Assembly (NCBI RefSeq): GCF_006345805.1
Contig: NW_021831946.1
Span: 1-33,843 of the forward strand
Length of the DNA: 33,843 nt
DNA from: Octopus sinensis
Lineage: Eukaryota
Direction of reading: 5' to 3'
The notes beneath the pieces were generated by a model. The model had not been told where the DNA came from and searched no databases. It saw nothing but the letters and a program-made list of their open reading frames with translations. Numbering within the stretch: the stretch's first letter is position 1; each line of letters opens with the position of its first letter. Below, piece by piece: positions 23,316 through 33,843 of this stretch. The translations under genes were made by a program, and so were the position numbers.

Positions 23316-23617
23316 ATCGTAAAAAAGAAAGAAAGAGAGCATTTTTGACCTCATGTGTTTATTTCCTCCCTGACTGGGGTTCCCGTGGTCTTTTCTGTAG
23401 GCTTTTCTTCCCACGGATGAACCCAATCTTGTTATATCAATGTTTAGACCATTATTTCTGTGATACACGATTTTCTTTTTTTCCTTTTTTTTCCTCCTCT
23501 CGATCCCTTTTGATCGCAATCTTACATTTTTTTATTTTTTTCCACCCTCGAAAAGAAAAGCTCTGCATTTGTATTTGTCCCCTCTGTATTCAGCCCTGTG
23601 TGGCTAATAAAAGAAAG

Positions 23618-23619
<2 letters not shown>

Positions 23620-23684
<65 letters not shown>

Positions 23685-23701
23685 CCTACCTACCTACCTA
23701 C

Positions 23702-23748
<47 letters not shown>

Positions 23749-23773
23749 CCTACCTACCTACCTACCTACCTAC

Positions 23774-23820
<47 letters not shown>

Positions 23821-23850
23821 ACTACCTACCTACCTACCTATCTACCTATC
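23620..23850. repeat. (ATCT)n/(ACCT)n spacer
   Basis: Direct observation. Confidence 0.97.
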
Positions 23851-24733
23851 CCTGGCCTGGCAGTGCTACCGAGAAGCGCTACCCGTTCGGGATAAGCTCT
23901 ACAAACACGGCTCGAGAAACACGAGGCCGACCTGCCCGAGATGCGGTCAGAGCGACGAAACCGTTCTGCACGCACTCGTTCAGTGTCCAACAATTTCCGA
24001 CCTGTGGGCTTATGTCGAACAACTGCTGTCACGTGTGGGACGAGTCGGTTTATCAGCTGAGTCTATCGTCAATATTGTCACGCCTCCTTCCTCAAACGGG
24101 AAGGAAGAGCTATTTTCATCATCCTTGTGGCTATGGCGAAAGAATGTATCTGGTGGACGCGTCTGAAAGGATTGGAGACAAACACTTTCCTCTCTGGTCT
24201 ATCTCTCATCAACTCTTCAAGCACCACTTGAAAAGGAAAGTGAGAGTAGAGAGGCAAGTTTTTGTCTAGCGAATGTTTTAAAAAAAGATGGGTGAATGTA
24301 GCAAGAATGGCACGTATGAATGACGAAGCCACCTGAGCATAGTCCTATGAACCCAGAAATCGAAAACAGAGTTGCTTATTGCAAAAAAAAAAAAAAAAAA
24401 AGAAATATAAATGTGACTTCATTGACCGAGGTTACCGTGGTCTTTTCCGTAGGCTTTTCTTTCCACGGGTAAACCTCACCTGTCCTCCCCTTTACACTTC
24501 ATATTGACATTTCTGTGATAACGATCCCTATTGATCAATTTTTTTAAATTTTTTTTTTCTCTCCCCCTTTTTTTTTAACCCCCCTTTTTTTGTCCTCTTT
24601 CTCTCCTTTTACGATCCCTTTTGATCGAAACTCCCCCCTTCCTTTTTTTTTTATTTTTTAAACCTTCAAAAGAAAAGCTCTACCTTGTAATTTGTTCTAT
24701 CTGTGTGCAGCCCTGTGTGGCTAATAAAGAAAC
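23848..24733 (+). mobile_element. 5'-truncated Tx1-like LINE, family B (~0.9 kb)
   Basis: Starts at [17 protein letters not shown], includes the CCHC finger and full 3' UTR, and ends GGCTAATAAAGAAAC. Confidence 0.93.
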
Positions 24734-24745
24734 ATATCTATCTAC

Positions 24746-24800
<55 letters not shown>

Positions 24801-24802
24801 CC
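24734..24802. repeat. (ATCT)n spacer
   Basis: Direct observation. Confidence 0.97.
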
Positions 24803-25016
24803 TGGACGGACGATAGTCATATCGGCTCCACGTAAGTTGGCCACTTTTACATGTTTAAAACTCCTTGTTGTCAAATATTTTGTTTTAATCGTTGTGCAAG
24901 TTCATTCACTAAAAAACCTGAGAATTATTCACGTAGAATTCCGCCCCTGTATGGGCGAAATTACAAAAAAACTTTCAAAACTTTCGTGGGTTTTTTAGCC
25001 ATTTTTCATTTTGAAA

Positions 25017-27072
25017 ATGGCAACTAGAAACCACGTGGCTAGCCCGCCAGTCATGCAGAACGGTAGCAAAACACTATTGCTACCACTAACTACTAAACAT
25101 CGCAGCGTGAACACCGCTGTCACCACCATCACCACCACCACCAACAACAACAACAAATCTAACGCCGCATTCACCATCGCCGCGACCAAAGACATTAACT
25201 TAGATTTCCCCTCACTCCCCACACCACTTGTTGATGATAAAGGGACAGAGAAAGGGATTTCAAAAATGAATACAAACGAAAACATGAATGCCAGCACCAC
25301 CACCATCACCACCAACAACAACAACAACGAAATTGGCACAAAGCCGCCTACCAAAGACAACACCGCCAACACCAACACCACTACTACGACGTCAAATGCT
25401 ACATCCAAGCCTTCTACTGCTAATACCGCCAACACACAAACCACTACCATGACTTCAATTAACACTGCCACAATTAACACTTCTACTGCCAAATTCAAAA
25501 CGAATTTTGCGGACGTAACAAAACAAAAAAGAACAATTGTAACATTCACCCCACAGAGATATAACCGCACAAAGGCACTCTTCTCCAAAGAAGGAGACAA
25601 ATTGCACCTTCACATTCCACAACACATCGTGGAAAACACCAAAAAAAAAACAATAATTATAAAGTATAAAAAAAAAAACAAGAAGAACAAAAAATGCACC
25701 GCAGGAAAAAATCGAAAAATGCCTTCGTCCTGCATGGGACTCCAAGGAATATATTAGTTGGGGAAACAAATTTGGTACAGTCCAAGTACGTTTCCTCAAC
25801 GAAAGTTTAGCAAAACGTTTTTCCACATTGGAGCTACATTCGGACGACTTGGTAATGATACCAGTCTATTTAAACAAAAGGGTCACGAAAGTCCAAATAA
25901 AAAACATACCATTTGATGTCGAAACACAATGGTTGGTCTCTGCCATCTGCTTTGAAATGTCAGAGACAATGTCAGAGACAAACATCCTGGAAATCGCGGT
26001 TCTAGGAGAGAAAGACTATGTGGGCAAATCAATCGAATTCCTGCTTCAATTGGATGAAGCAGCAAGAGAGAAGATACCCACCTCTATAGAACTGCCAGGA
26101 GGCTACAAACTCTATATAGTGGTTGAGGGCAGGCGACCACGCTGCTATTTGTGTGGAAGCGAAACACACTTGAAAAAGACGTGCCCAACCACTGCACACC
26201 AAGAGCAACAACAACAACCACTACCACAACCAAAGCACTCCGGAAAAAAAGCTCTACTACCCACACCACCATCAACACAGAAGACGACAAGAGAAGCACA
26301 CCAAGCTAATCCGTCATCAACCAAAAACCACTCAACACCTGGAAAAATACCAACACCACCAACAACAGCAAAACCCAAAGGAACAGAAAAACAAAGAAAA
26401 CACACACAAACTGATCCCCCATCCCTTATACCGCACTCAACACACACACAAACACTCAACAACCAACAACAACGAAAAACAACAACACAACCACTTACAC
26501 AGACATACATAGAAGCCCACAACATACCCCTACCCCCTTCTGATTCCTCAGAAATTTCGTCGGAAGACGAAACCAGTGAGGAATGGCAAATAGCTACAAA
26601 AAGAAGGAAAATAAAGAGCAGAAAAAAAAACCAGAAACAACACCAACCAAATGCAAACACGAACAAAGCAGGGGGACATACATCTCCCGAAGACATTTCA
26701 AAACCCAACGCAAACAACAGCCACACCAACACCACCAAAACATATACAGCAAACATGCTCACAGCCATAGACACCAAAAACACAAATTTAATGGAATACA
26801 TCCAATCAAAAACAAACATAACAGAAGATGACATAAAAACAAACAATCACCCATACACAACACCACCAGACCACATCAAAATATTACACATCTCCAAAAG
26901 TCTGCACCACACACTCAAAGGCATTTTCCCCAGTGCGGTTGGTAAATGCCAAAAATATCTCACAAAGAAACTGTACTGGGATCTACTCGAGGACAAACCA
27001 ACGGAGGAGAAAGCAAAAACGGAGGAGAAAGCAGTAAGTAACCCTCTGTATTCTAATTCATTAGAACTATGA
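25017..27072 (+). CDS. ORF1 of family B: Thr/Asn-rich N-terminus, RRM-like core, intact CX2CX4HX4C knuckle (one frameshift in a poly-A run near 25680)
   Basis: Track ORFs 25011-25757 and 25828-27072 join, since KIEKCLRPAWDSKEY aligns to family A KIEKCLKPIWDHKEY; CYLCGSETHLKKTC. Confidence 0.8.
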
Positions 27073-30000
27073 TCAAGATTGGTTGTGTAAATGCGCGTGG
27101 CTTGGGGTCCCCTTGGAAACAAGGGTACCTCTTAAATGACATAAAGTCACATAAGTTAGAAATCATAGCCATAAGCGAGACCAGACTCCACAATCCGCGG
27201 GCCCTAAAGACCATGTTTGGCGGACAGTACAACATTTATTTTTCCCCCTGTCTGCCGAGAATGGGCGGTAGTGGCACCGCGGTACTTTTTCACAAGAGTC
27301 TGGATCTCAAAGTAAGGACAATATTCGTAGACCCGGAGGGTAGACTGGTCGTCCTGGATGTCGACGGCAGCAATGGGTGCGCTTTTCGCTCGTATCAGTT
27401 TACGCACCGCCCTTAACAGGTCGGGCGGATTTCTTTCAACGTCTAGAAGTTTTCTTGGGAACGTCTCGTCCTTTACTCTTAGTGGGGGATTGGAATGCTA
27501 CCTTGGACACGCATGTAGACTACGTGGGTAGAGATAGGAATAGACGGGGATGCAAATGCCTCAGAGACCTGCTCAGACGCTTTCAACTGTCTGACAGGTT
27601 CCGACTAGACCACCCGAATGCGCCAACGTGGACATGGAGCAACCGCATCGGGTCATCGAGATCGTATCTAGATAGGATACTGTGTAGGACAGTAGATAGA
27701 GATAGCATAGGATGTCCACAATTCCACATAGTCAGCTACACGGATCACAAACTTGTGACATGTACGCTAGACTTAGGTAAGACACTTAGGCAGGGTCCCG
27801 GATACTGGAAACTAAACGCGTCTTTCCCATCGAGACAAGTTTTCAGAGACCGGATTAGCACACTAGTAAAGAGGGCTTTGACGGGAGCCATCATCAACAA
27901 CAAATGGTGGTTTGCCCTCAAGAGAGCAGTAAAAGCAGAAGCGATTAGGTACAGCAAAGCACTAGCCATAGATAGAAATAGAGTAGAGGGTGAGCTAGTT
28001 AAGAAGCTAGAAGAGGCAATTAGAAGCGGCATCGCATCCGACGTTTTGGCGGCGAGGTTGGCCCTCGACCAACACTTCAACGCCAAACACGAAGGATGTG
28101 CTGTCAGAGCTAGGATGCGTGCTCTAAGGAACGAAGGTGTTGGAGCCGCGAGAGAGGCCCGGGTGGCAGAGGCGCAACAGGGCAACAAAGCCACCATTCG
28201 GTCACTGGTAGATGAACAGGGGCGCGAATTGCTCGAGCCAAGTAAAATGTGTGTGAGGCCTTTCAGCAGCATTTTGCCCGACTGTTCGGAACGAGTGGAG
28301 GGCAAGAACGTAGGGTGGACTTCAGTGCCTACCTACATAGCCTACCACGACTCTCGACAGAAAGGCAGGGTGCTGCGAAGGTGCCATCACGGCGGCGGAA
28401 GAGTGCGGGAAGCGATGGCAGAATGCTCGAGGGACAAATCACCGGGTTTGGATGGTCTACCCTACGAGCTTTACAATTGTATGCCAGACTTGTTTGGAGA
28501 TCTCTTGGCGGCGGTGTACTGCAACTGGCAGCAAAACGGGAGCATTCCTGGTTTTGTGAGCCGAGGAGCCGTAACACTGCTGAAGAAAGATCTAAACAAG
28601 GGAAATGTAATAGATAACTTTAGGCCCATCACTCTGCTTAATGCAGACTTGAATATTTTGGCCAAGGTGCTAGCCAAGAGGTTGGCGCTTGTCATCGAGA
28701 AACTGGTCGACAAGGCGCAAACATGCGCCGTGCCAGGCCGGACCATCCATGACAACCTCCATCTGATGCGCTACATCATAGACAGGGTAGTTAACGAACC
28801 TGGCATGGGTGGGGCCCTGATCAACTTGGATCAATCGAAAGCCTTTGATAGGGTAGACCATCGATACTTGGGGGCAGTCCTGAGAGCGGCTGGTTTCGGT
28901 CCCGTTTTCCGCGGATGGATAGCTGCCTTGTACAGAGGCATCCGTTCGGTAATTCGCGTAAATGGACATCTATCGAGACCTTTCGACATTGCACGTTCGG
29001 TCCGTCAGGGATGCCCCCTCTCGGCGCTTCTATACGTATTGACTCTTGAGCCACTACTGCGGAAGCTGGCGACTCTAAGGGGCATCCCGCGAGAATTGGG
29101 ATACGGGACGAGCGTGTCTGCATACGCGGACGACGTCACCGTCATAGTGTCTAGCCACGAGCACATCGAGCTGGTCGGCGAGACACTGAAAAACTACGAA
29201 GCGGTGACAGGAGCGAAAATCAACCGGGAAAAGTCAGTGGGCTTGCGACTAGGCACCTGGAGAAGCAAGCCCATGCCGTCCACCAGCGCCTCCGTCGTGG
29301 GACGCTGGACCGACGGCCCGGTTGAGTTGCTCGGGGTCTGGTTTGGTCCGGACCTCCAAGTGGAGAAGAACTGGAACGGATAACGAGTAGGGTGGTCACT
29401 CTCGCCGGCAATGGGCGAGAGGAAACTGTCCCTAAAAGGTCGAGCGGAGGTGGCGAACACGTACATCACGTCCGTCATCTACTACCGCTGACCGTCGTAC
29501 CTTGTCCCGACCCTACCATCACCAAACTACAACGCATCCTCTTTCGCTTCTTGTGGAAAGGATGCGTCCGATGGTCAGGCGATCCATTTGCTGTCAACAC
29601 CCGTTAAAAGGAGGGCTGGGCATGCCGTGGTTGATGATGCGCAGACACGCGCTGAGACTGCGCATCTCTGGCTCTATGTAGACGACGGTGAACAGGTGTG
29701 GTCGCCGTTTGTGAGGCACGCTTTCCCGCAGCTCGTCTCCATGACCGAACTGCAGTCGTGGATCAAAAAGAGGCCGAGGAAGGGCGAATGGCACCGCGAG
29801 TGTCGCGTTGCTCTCAAGCAACTCTGCCGTCCTGGGTCGACCTTAAGTGACTTCAACACAACCAAAGCATTCTATAGGGGTTTAGTGGAGGGGAGGTACG
29901 ACGACGAGCTCGGGGCGAACCTGGACGTCGACGAGGAGTACCTGACCCGCCTGTTCAGGACGACTTTAGGGCCAGGGCCCATGGACAACTTCCAGAGATC

Positions 30001-30497
30001 CCTGGCCTGGCAGTGCTACGAGAAGCGCTACCCGTTCGGGATAAGCTCTACAGACACGGCTCGAGAAACACGGGGCCGACCTGCCCGAGATGCGGTCAGA
30101 GCGACGAAACCGTTCTGCACGCACTCGTTCAGTGTCCAACAATTTCCGACCTGTGGCTTATGTCGAACAACTGATGTCACGTGTGGGACGAGTCGGTTTA
30201 TCAGCTGAGTCTATCGTCAATATTGTCACGCCTCCTTCCTTCAAACGGGAAGGAAGAGCTATTTTCATCATCCTTGTGGCTATGGCGAAAGAATGTATCT
30301 GGTGGACGCGTCTGAAAGGATTGGAGAAACACTTTCCTCTCTGGTCAATCTCTCATCAACTTCTTCAAGTACCACTTGAAAAGGAAAGTGAGAGTAGAGA
30401 GGCAAGTTTTGTCTAGCGAATGTTTTAAAAAAAGATGGGTGAATGTAGCAAGAATGGCACGTATGAATGACGAAGCCCCTTGAGCATAGTCCTATGA
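27069..30497 (+). CDS. ORF2 of family B: APE, RT and CCHC finger (multiple 1-2 bp frameshifts as assembled)
   Basis: MIKIGCVNARG..SETRL..GDWNA..TDHK; [34 protein letters not shown]; stop TGA at 30495-30497. Confidence 0.92.
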
Positions 30498-30878
30498 ACC
30501 CAGAAATCGAAAAGAGAGTGCTTATTTGGAAAAAAAAAAAAAAGAAAAAAAGAAATATAAAAGTGACTTCATTGACCGAGGTTACCGTGGTCTTTTCCGT
30601 AGGCTTTTCTTTCCACGGGTAAACCTCACCTGTCCTCCCCTTTACACTTCATATTGACATTTCTGTGATAACGATCCCTATTGATCAATTTTTTTTTTCT
30701 CTCCCCTTTTTTTTTTAACCCCCCTTTTTTTGTCCTCTTTCTCTCCTTTTACGATCCCTTTTGATCGAAACTCCCCCTTCCTTTTTTTTTTTTTTTTTTT
30801 TTTTAAACCTTCAAAAGAAAAGCTCTACCTTGTAATTTGTTCTATCTGTGTGCAGCCCTGTGTGGCTAATAAAGAAAC

Positions 30879-30929
30879 ATATCTATCTATCTATCTATCT
30901 ATCTATCTGTCTGTCTGTCTGTCTGTGTT

Positions 30930-30961
<32 letters not shown>

Positions 30962-31034
30962 CCTATCTATCTATCTATCTATCTATCTTTCTATCTATCT
31001 ATCTATATATCTATCTATCTACCTACCTACCTAC

Positions 31035-31112
<78 letters not shown>

Positions 31113-31113
31113 T

Positions 31114-31156
<43 letters not shown>
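30879..31156. repeat. (ATCT)n/(GTCT)n/(ACCT)n spacer
   Basis: Direct observation. Confidence 0.97.
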
Positions 31157-31157
<1 letters not shown>

Positions 31158-33204
31158 GATAGGGTAGACCATCGATACTTGGAGGCAGTCCTGAGAGCGG
31201 CTGGTTTCGGTCCCGTCTTCCGCGGCTGGATAGCTGCCTTGTACAGAGGCATCCGTTCGGTAATTCGCGTAAATGGACATCTATCGAGACCTTTCGACAT
31301 TGCACGTTCGGTCCGTCAGGGATGCCCCCTCTCGGCGCTTCTATACGTATTGACTCTTGAGCCACTACTGCGGAAGCTGGCGACTCTAAGGGGCATCCCA
31401 CGAGAATTGGGATGCGGGACGAGCGTGTCTGCATACGCGGACGACGTCACCGTCATAGTGTCTAGCCACGAGCACATCGAGCTGGTCGGCGAGACACTGA
31501 AAAACTACGAAGCGGTGACAGGAGCGAAAATCAACCGGGAAAAGTCAGTGGGCTTGCGACTAGGCACCTGGAGAAGCAAGCCCATGCCGTCCACCAGCGC
31601 CTCCGTCGTGGGACGCTGGACCGACGACCCGGTTGAGTTGCTCGGGGTCTGGTTTGGTCCGGACCTCCAAGTGGAGAAGAATTGGAACGAGATAACGAGT
31701 AGGGTGGTCACTCCCGCCCGGCAATGGGCCGAGAGGAAACTGTCCCTAAAAGGTCGAGCGGAGGTGGCGAACACGTACATCGCGTCCGTCATCTACTACC
31801 GCCTGACGTGCCCCGTACCTTGTCCCGACCCTACCATCACCAAACTACAACGCATCCTCTTTCGCTTCTTGTGGAAAGGATGCGTCCCGATGGTCAGGCG
31901 ATCCATTTGCTGTCAACACCCGTTAAAAGGAGGGCTGGGCATGCCGTGGTTGATGATGCGCAGACACGCGCTGAGACTGCGACATCTCTGGCTCTATGTA
32001 GACGACGGTGAACAGGTGTGGTCGCCGTTTGTGAGGTACGCTTTCCGCAGCTCGTCTCCATGACCGAACTGCAGTCGTGGATCAAAAAGAGGCCGAGGAG
32101 GGCGAATGGCACCGCGAGTGTCGCGTTGCTCTCAAGCAACTCTGCCGTCCTGGTTCGACCTTAAGTGACTTCAACACAACCAAAGCATTCTATAGGGGTT
32201 TAGTGGAGGGGAGGTACGACGATGAGCTCGGGGCGAACCTGGACGTCGACGAGGAGTACCTGACCCGCCTGTTCGGGACGACTTTCAGGCCAGGGCCCAT
32301 GGACAACTTCCAGAGATCCCTGGCCTGGCAGTGCTACCGAGAAGCGCTACCCGTTCGGGATAAGCTCTACAGACACGGCTCAAGAAACACGGGGCCGACC
32401 TGCCCGAGATGCGGTCAGAGCGACGAAACCGTTCTGCACGCACTCGTTCAGTGTCCAACAATTTCCGACCTGTGGGCTTATGTCGAACAACTGCTGTCAC
32501 GTGTGTGACGAGTCGGTTTATCAGCTGAGTCTATCGTCAGTATTTTGTCACGCCTCCTTCCTTCAAACGGGAAGGAAGAGCTATTTTCATCATCCTTGTG
32601 GCTATGGCGAAAGAATGTATCTGGTGGACGCGTCTGAAAGGATTGGAGACAAACACTTTCCTCTCTGATCAATCTCTCATCAACTTCTTCAAGCACCACT
32701 TGAAAAGGAAAGTGAGAGTAGAGAGGCAAGTTTTGACTAGCGAATGTTTTAAAAAAAGATGGGTGAATGTAGCAAGAATGGCACGTATGAATGACGAAGC
32801 CACCTTGAGCATAGTCCTATGAACCCAGAAATCGAAAACAGAGAGTTGCTTATTTGCAAAAAAAAAAAAAAAAAAAAAAGAAATATAAAATGTGACTTCA
32901 TTGACCGAGGTTACCGTGGTCTTTTCCGTAGGCTTTTCTTTCCACGGGTAAACCTCACCTGTCCTCCCCTTTACACTTCATATTGACATTTCTGTGATAA
33001 CGATACCTATTGATCAATTTTTTTTTCCTCTCCCCCTTTTTTTTTTAACCCCCCCTTTTTTTGTCCTCTTTCTCTCCTTTTACGATCCCTTTTGATCGAA
33101 ACTCCCCCTTCCTTTTTTTTTTTTTTTTCTAAACCTTCAAAAGAAAAGCTCTACCTTGTAATTTGTTCTATCTGTGTGCAGCCCTGTGTGGCTAATAAAG
33201 AAAC
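31156..33204 (+). mobile_element. 5'-truncated Tx1-like LINE, family B (~2.05 kb)
   Basis: Begins at (F)[12 protein letters not shown], contains YADD and the CCHC finger, stop at 32820-32822, full 3' UTR. Confidence 0.93.
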
Positions 33205-33227
33205 ATATCTATCTACCTACCTACCTA

Positions 33228-33274
<47 letters not shown>

Positions 33275-33311
33275 CCTACCTACCTACCTACCTACCTACC
33301 TACCTACCTAC

Positions 33312-33342
<31 letters not shown>

Positions 33343-33363
33343 CCTACCTACCTACCTACCTAC

Positions 33364-33402
<39 letters not shown>

Positions 33403-33450
33403 CCTACCTACCTACCTACCTACCTACCTATCTATCTATCTATCTATCTT

Positions 33451-33482
<32 letters not shown>

Positions 33483-33519
33483 CCTACCTACCTACCTACC
33501 TACCTACCTACCTACCTAC

Positions 33520-33552
<33 letters not shown>

Positions 33553-33556
33553 CATC
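33205..33556. repeat. Alternating (ATCT)n/(ACCT)n spacer
   Basis: Direct observation. Confidence 0.97.
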
Positions 33557-33788
33557 TACGGACGTGCTATCACCTCGGCTCCGAAGGTAATCGTTTATTT
33601 TGACTATTTATAGCCCATATTTTGTGTACATTTTTGTAAATAAGGTGTGTAAGGCACCCAACTTTCGTTTGAGTGCTTTTCCAAGGGAGGAATTCGCCCC
33701 TAGTGGCAGTTTCAACCCTATTTAATTTGTGTATTTTTCTTCTCGACATTAAAAAATGTCGAGAAATGTTATTGTAGAACGCTGGTCG
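33557..33788 (+). mobile_element. 5' end (UTR) of Tx1-like family C
   Basis: ACGGACGTGCTATCACCTCGGCTCCGAAGGTAATCGTTTATTTTGACTATTTA is homologous to the family A 5' end; inverted copy at 14367-14598. Confidence 0.7.
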
Positions 33789-33843
33789 CGTTCCTTTATG
33801 GACCAGCATTTTCGTAGTCTGGAAACGCTAGGAGAAAACTAAT

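Larger units (their letters stand above)
17477..23619 (+). mobile_element. Full-length Tx1-clade (L1 group) non-LTR retrotransposon, family A (~6.1 kb)
   Basis: 5' UTR, zinc-knuckle ORF1, APE-RT-CCHC ORF2, and a 3' UTR ending GGCTAATAAAAGAAAGTT directly into (ATCT)n. Confidence 0.92.
24803..30878 (+). mobile_element. Full-length Tx1-clade non-LTR retrotransposon, family B (~6.1 kb)
   Basis: 5' UTR, ORF1, ORF2 and 3' UTR with AATAAA; (ATCT)n on both sides. Confidence 0.92.

Overview
Eukaryotic, repeat-only window with no recognisable host gene. The tRNA-derived SINE family and microsatellite load resemble Octopus genomes (inference). Left part (1-14.3 kb): a 5.9-kb (TATG)n array, several SINE copies, a degraded Tc1/mariner (maT-like) element interrupted by a Helitron-like MITE, a CR1/L2-group LINE 3' fragment sharing its tail with the SINE, and three candidate minimal type I hammerhead ribozymes. 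One hammerhead sits in a ~570-bp direct-repeat element whose repeat starts at the predicted cleavage site (retrozyme/Penelope-like). Right part (14.4-33.8 kb): an array of L1/Tx1-clade non-LTR retrotransposons, with two full-length ~6.1-kb elements of two families, three 5'-truncated copies and two copies of a third family's 5' end. Every insertion is bounded by (ATCT)n/(ACCT)n on its sense strand, pointing to strand-specific targeting of the GATA-type microsatellite and growth of a head-to-tail array. All alignments and RNA folds were done by eye.
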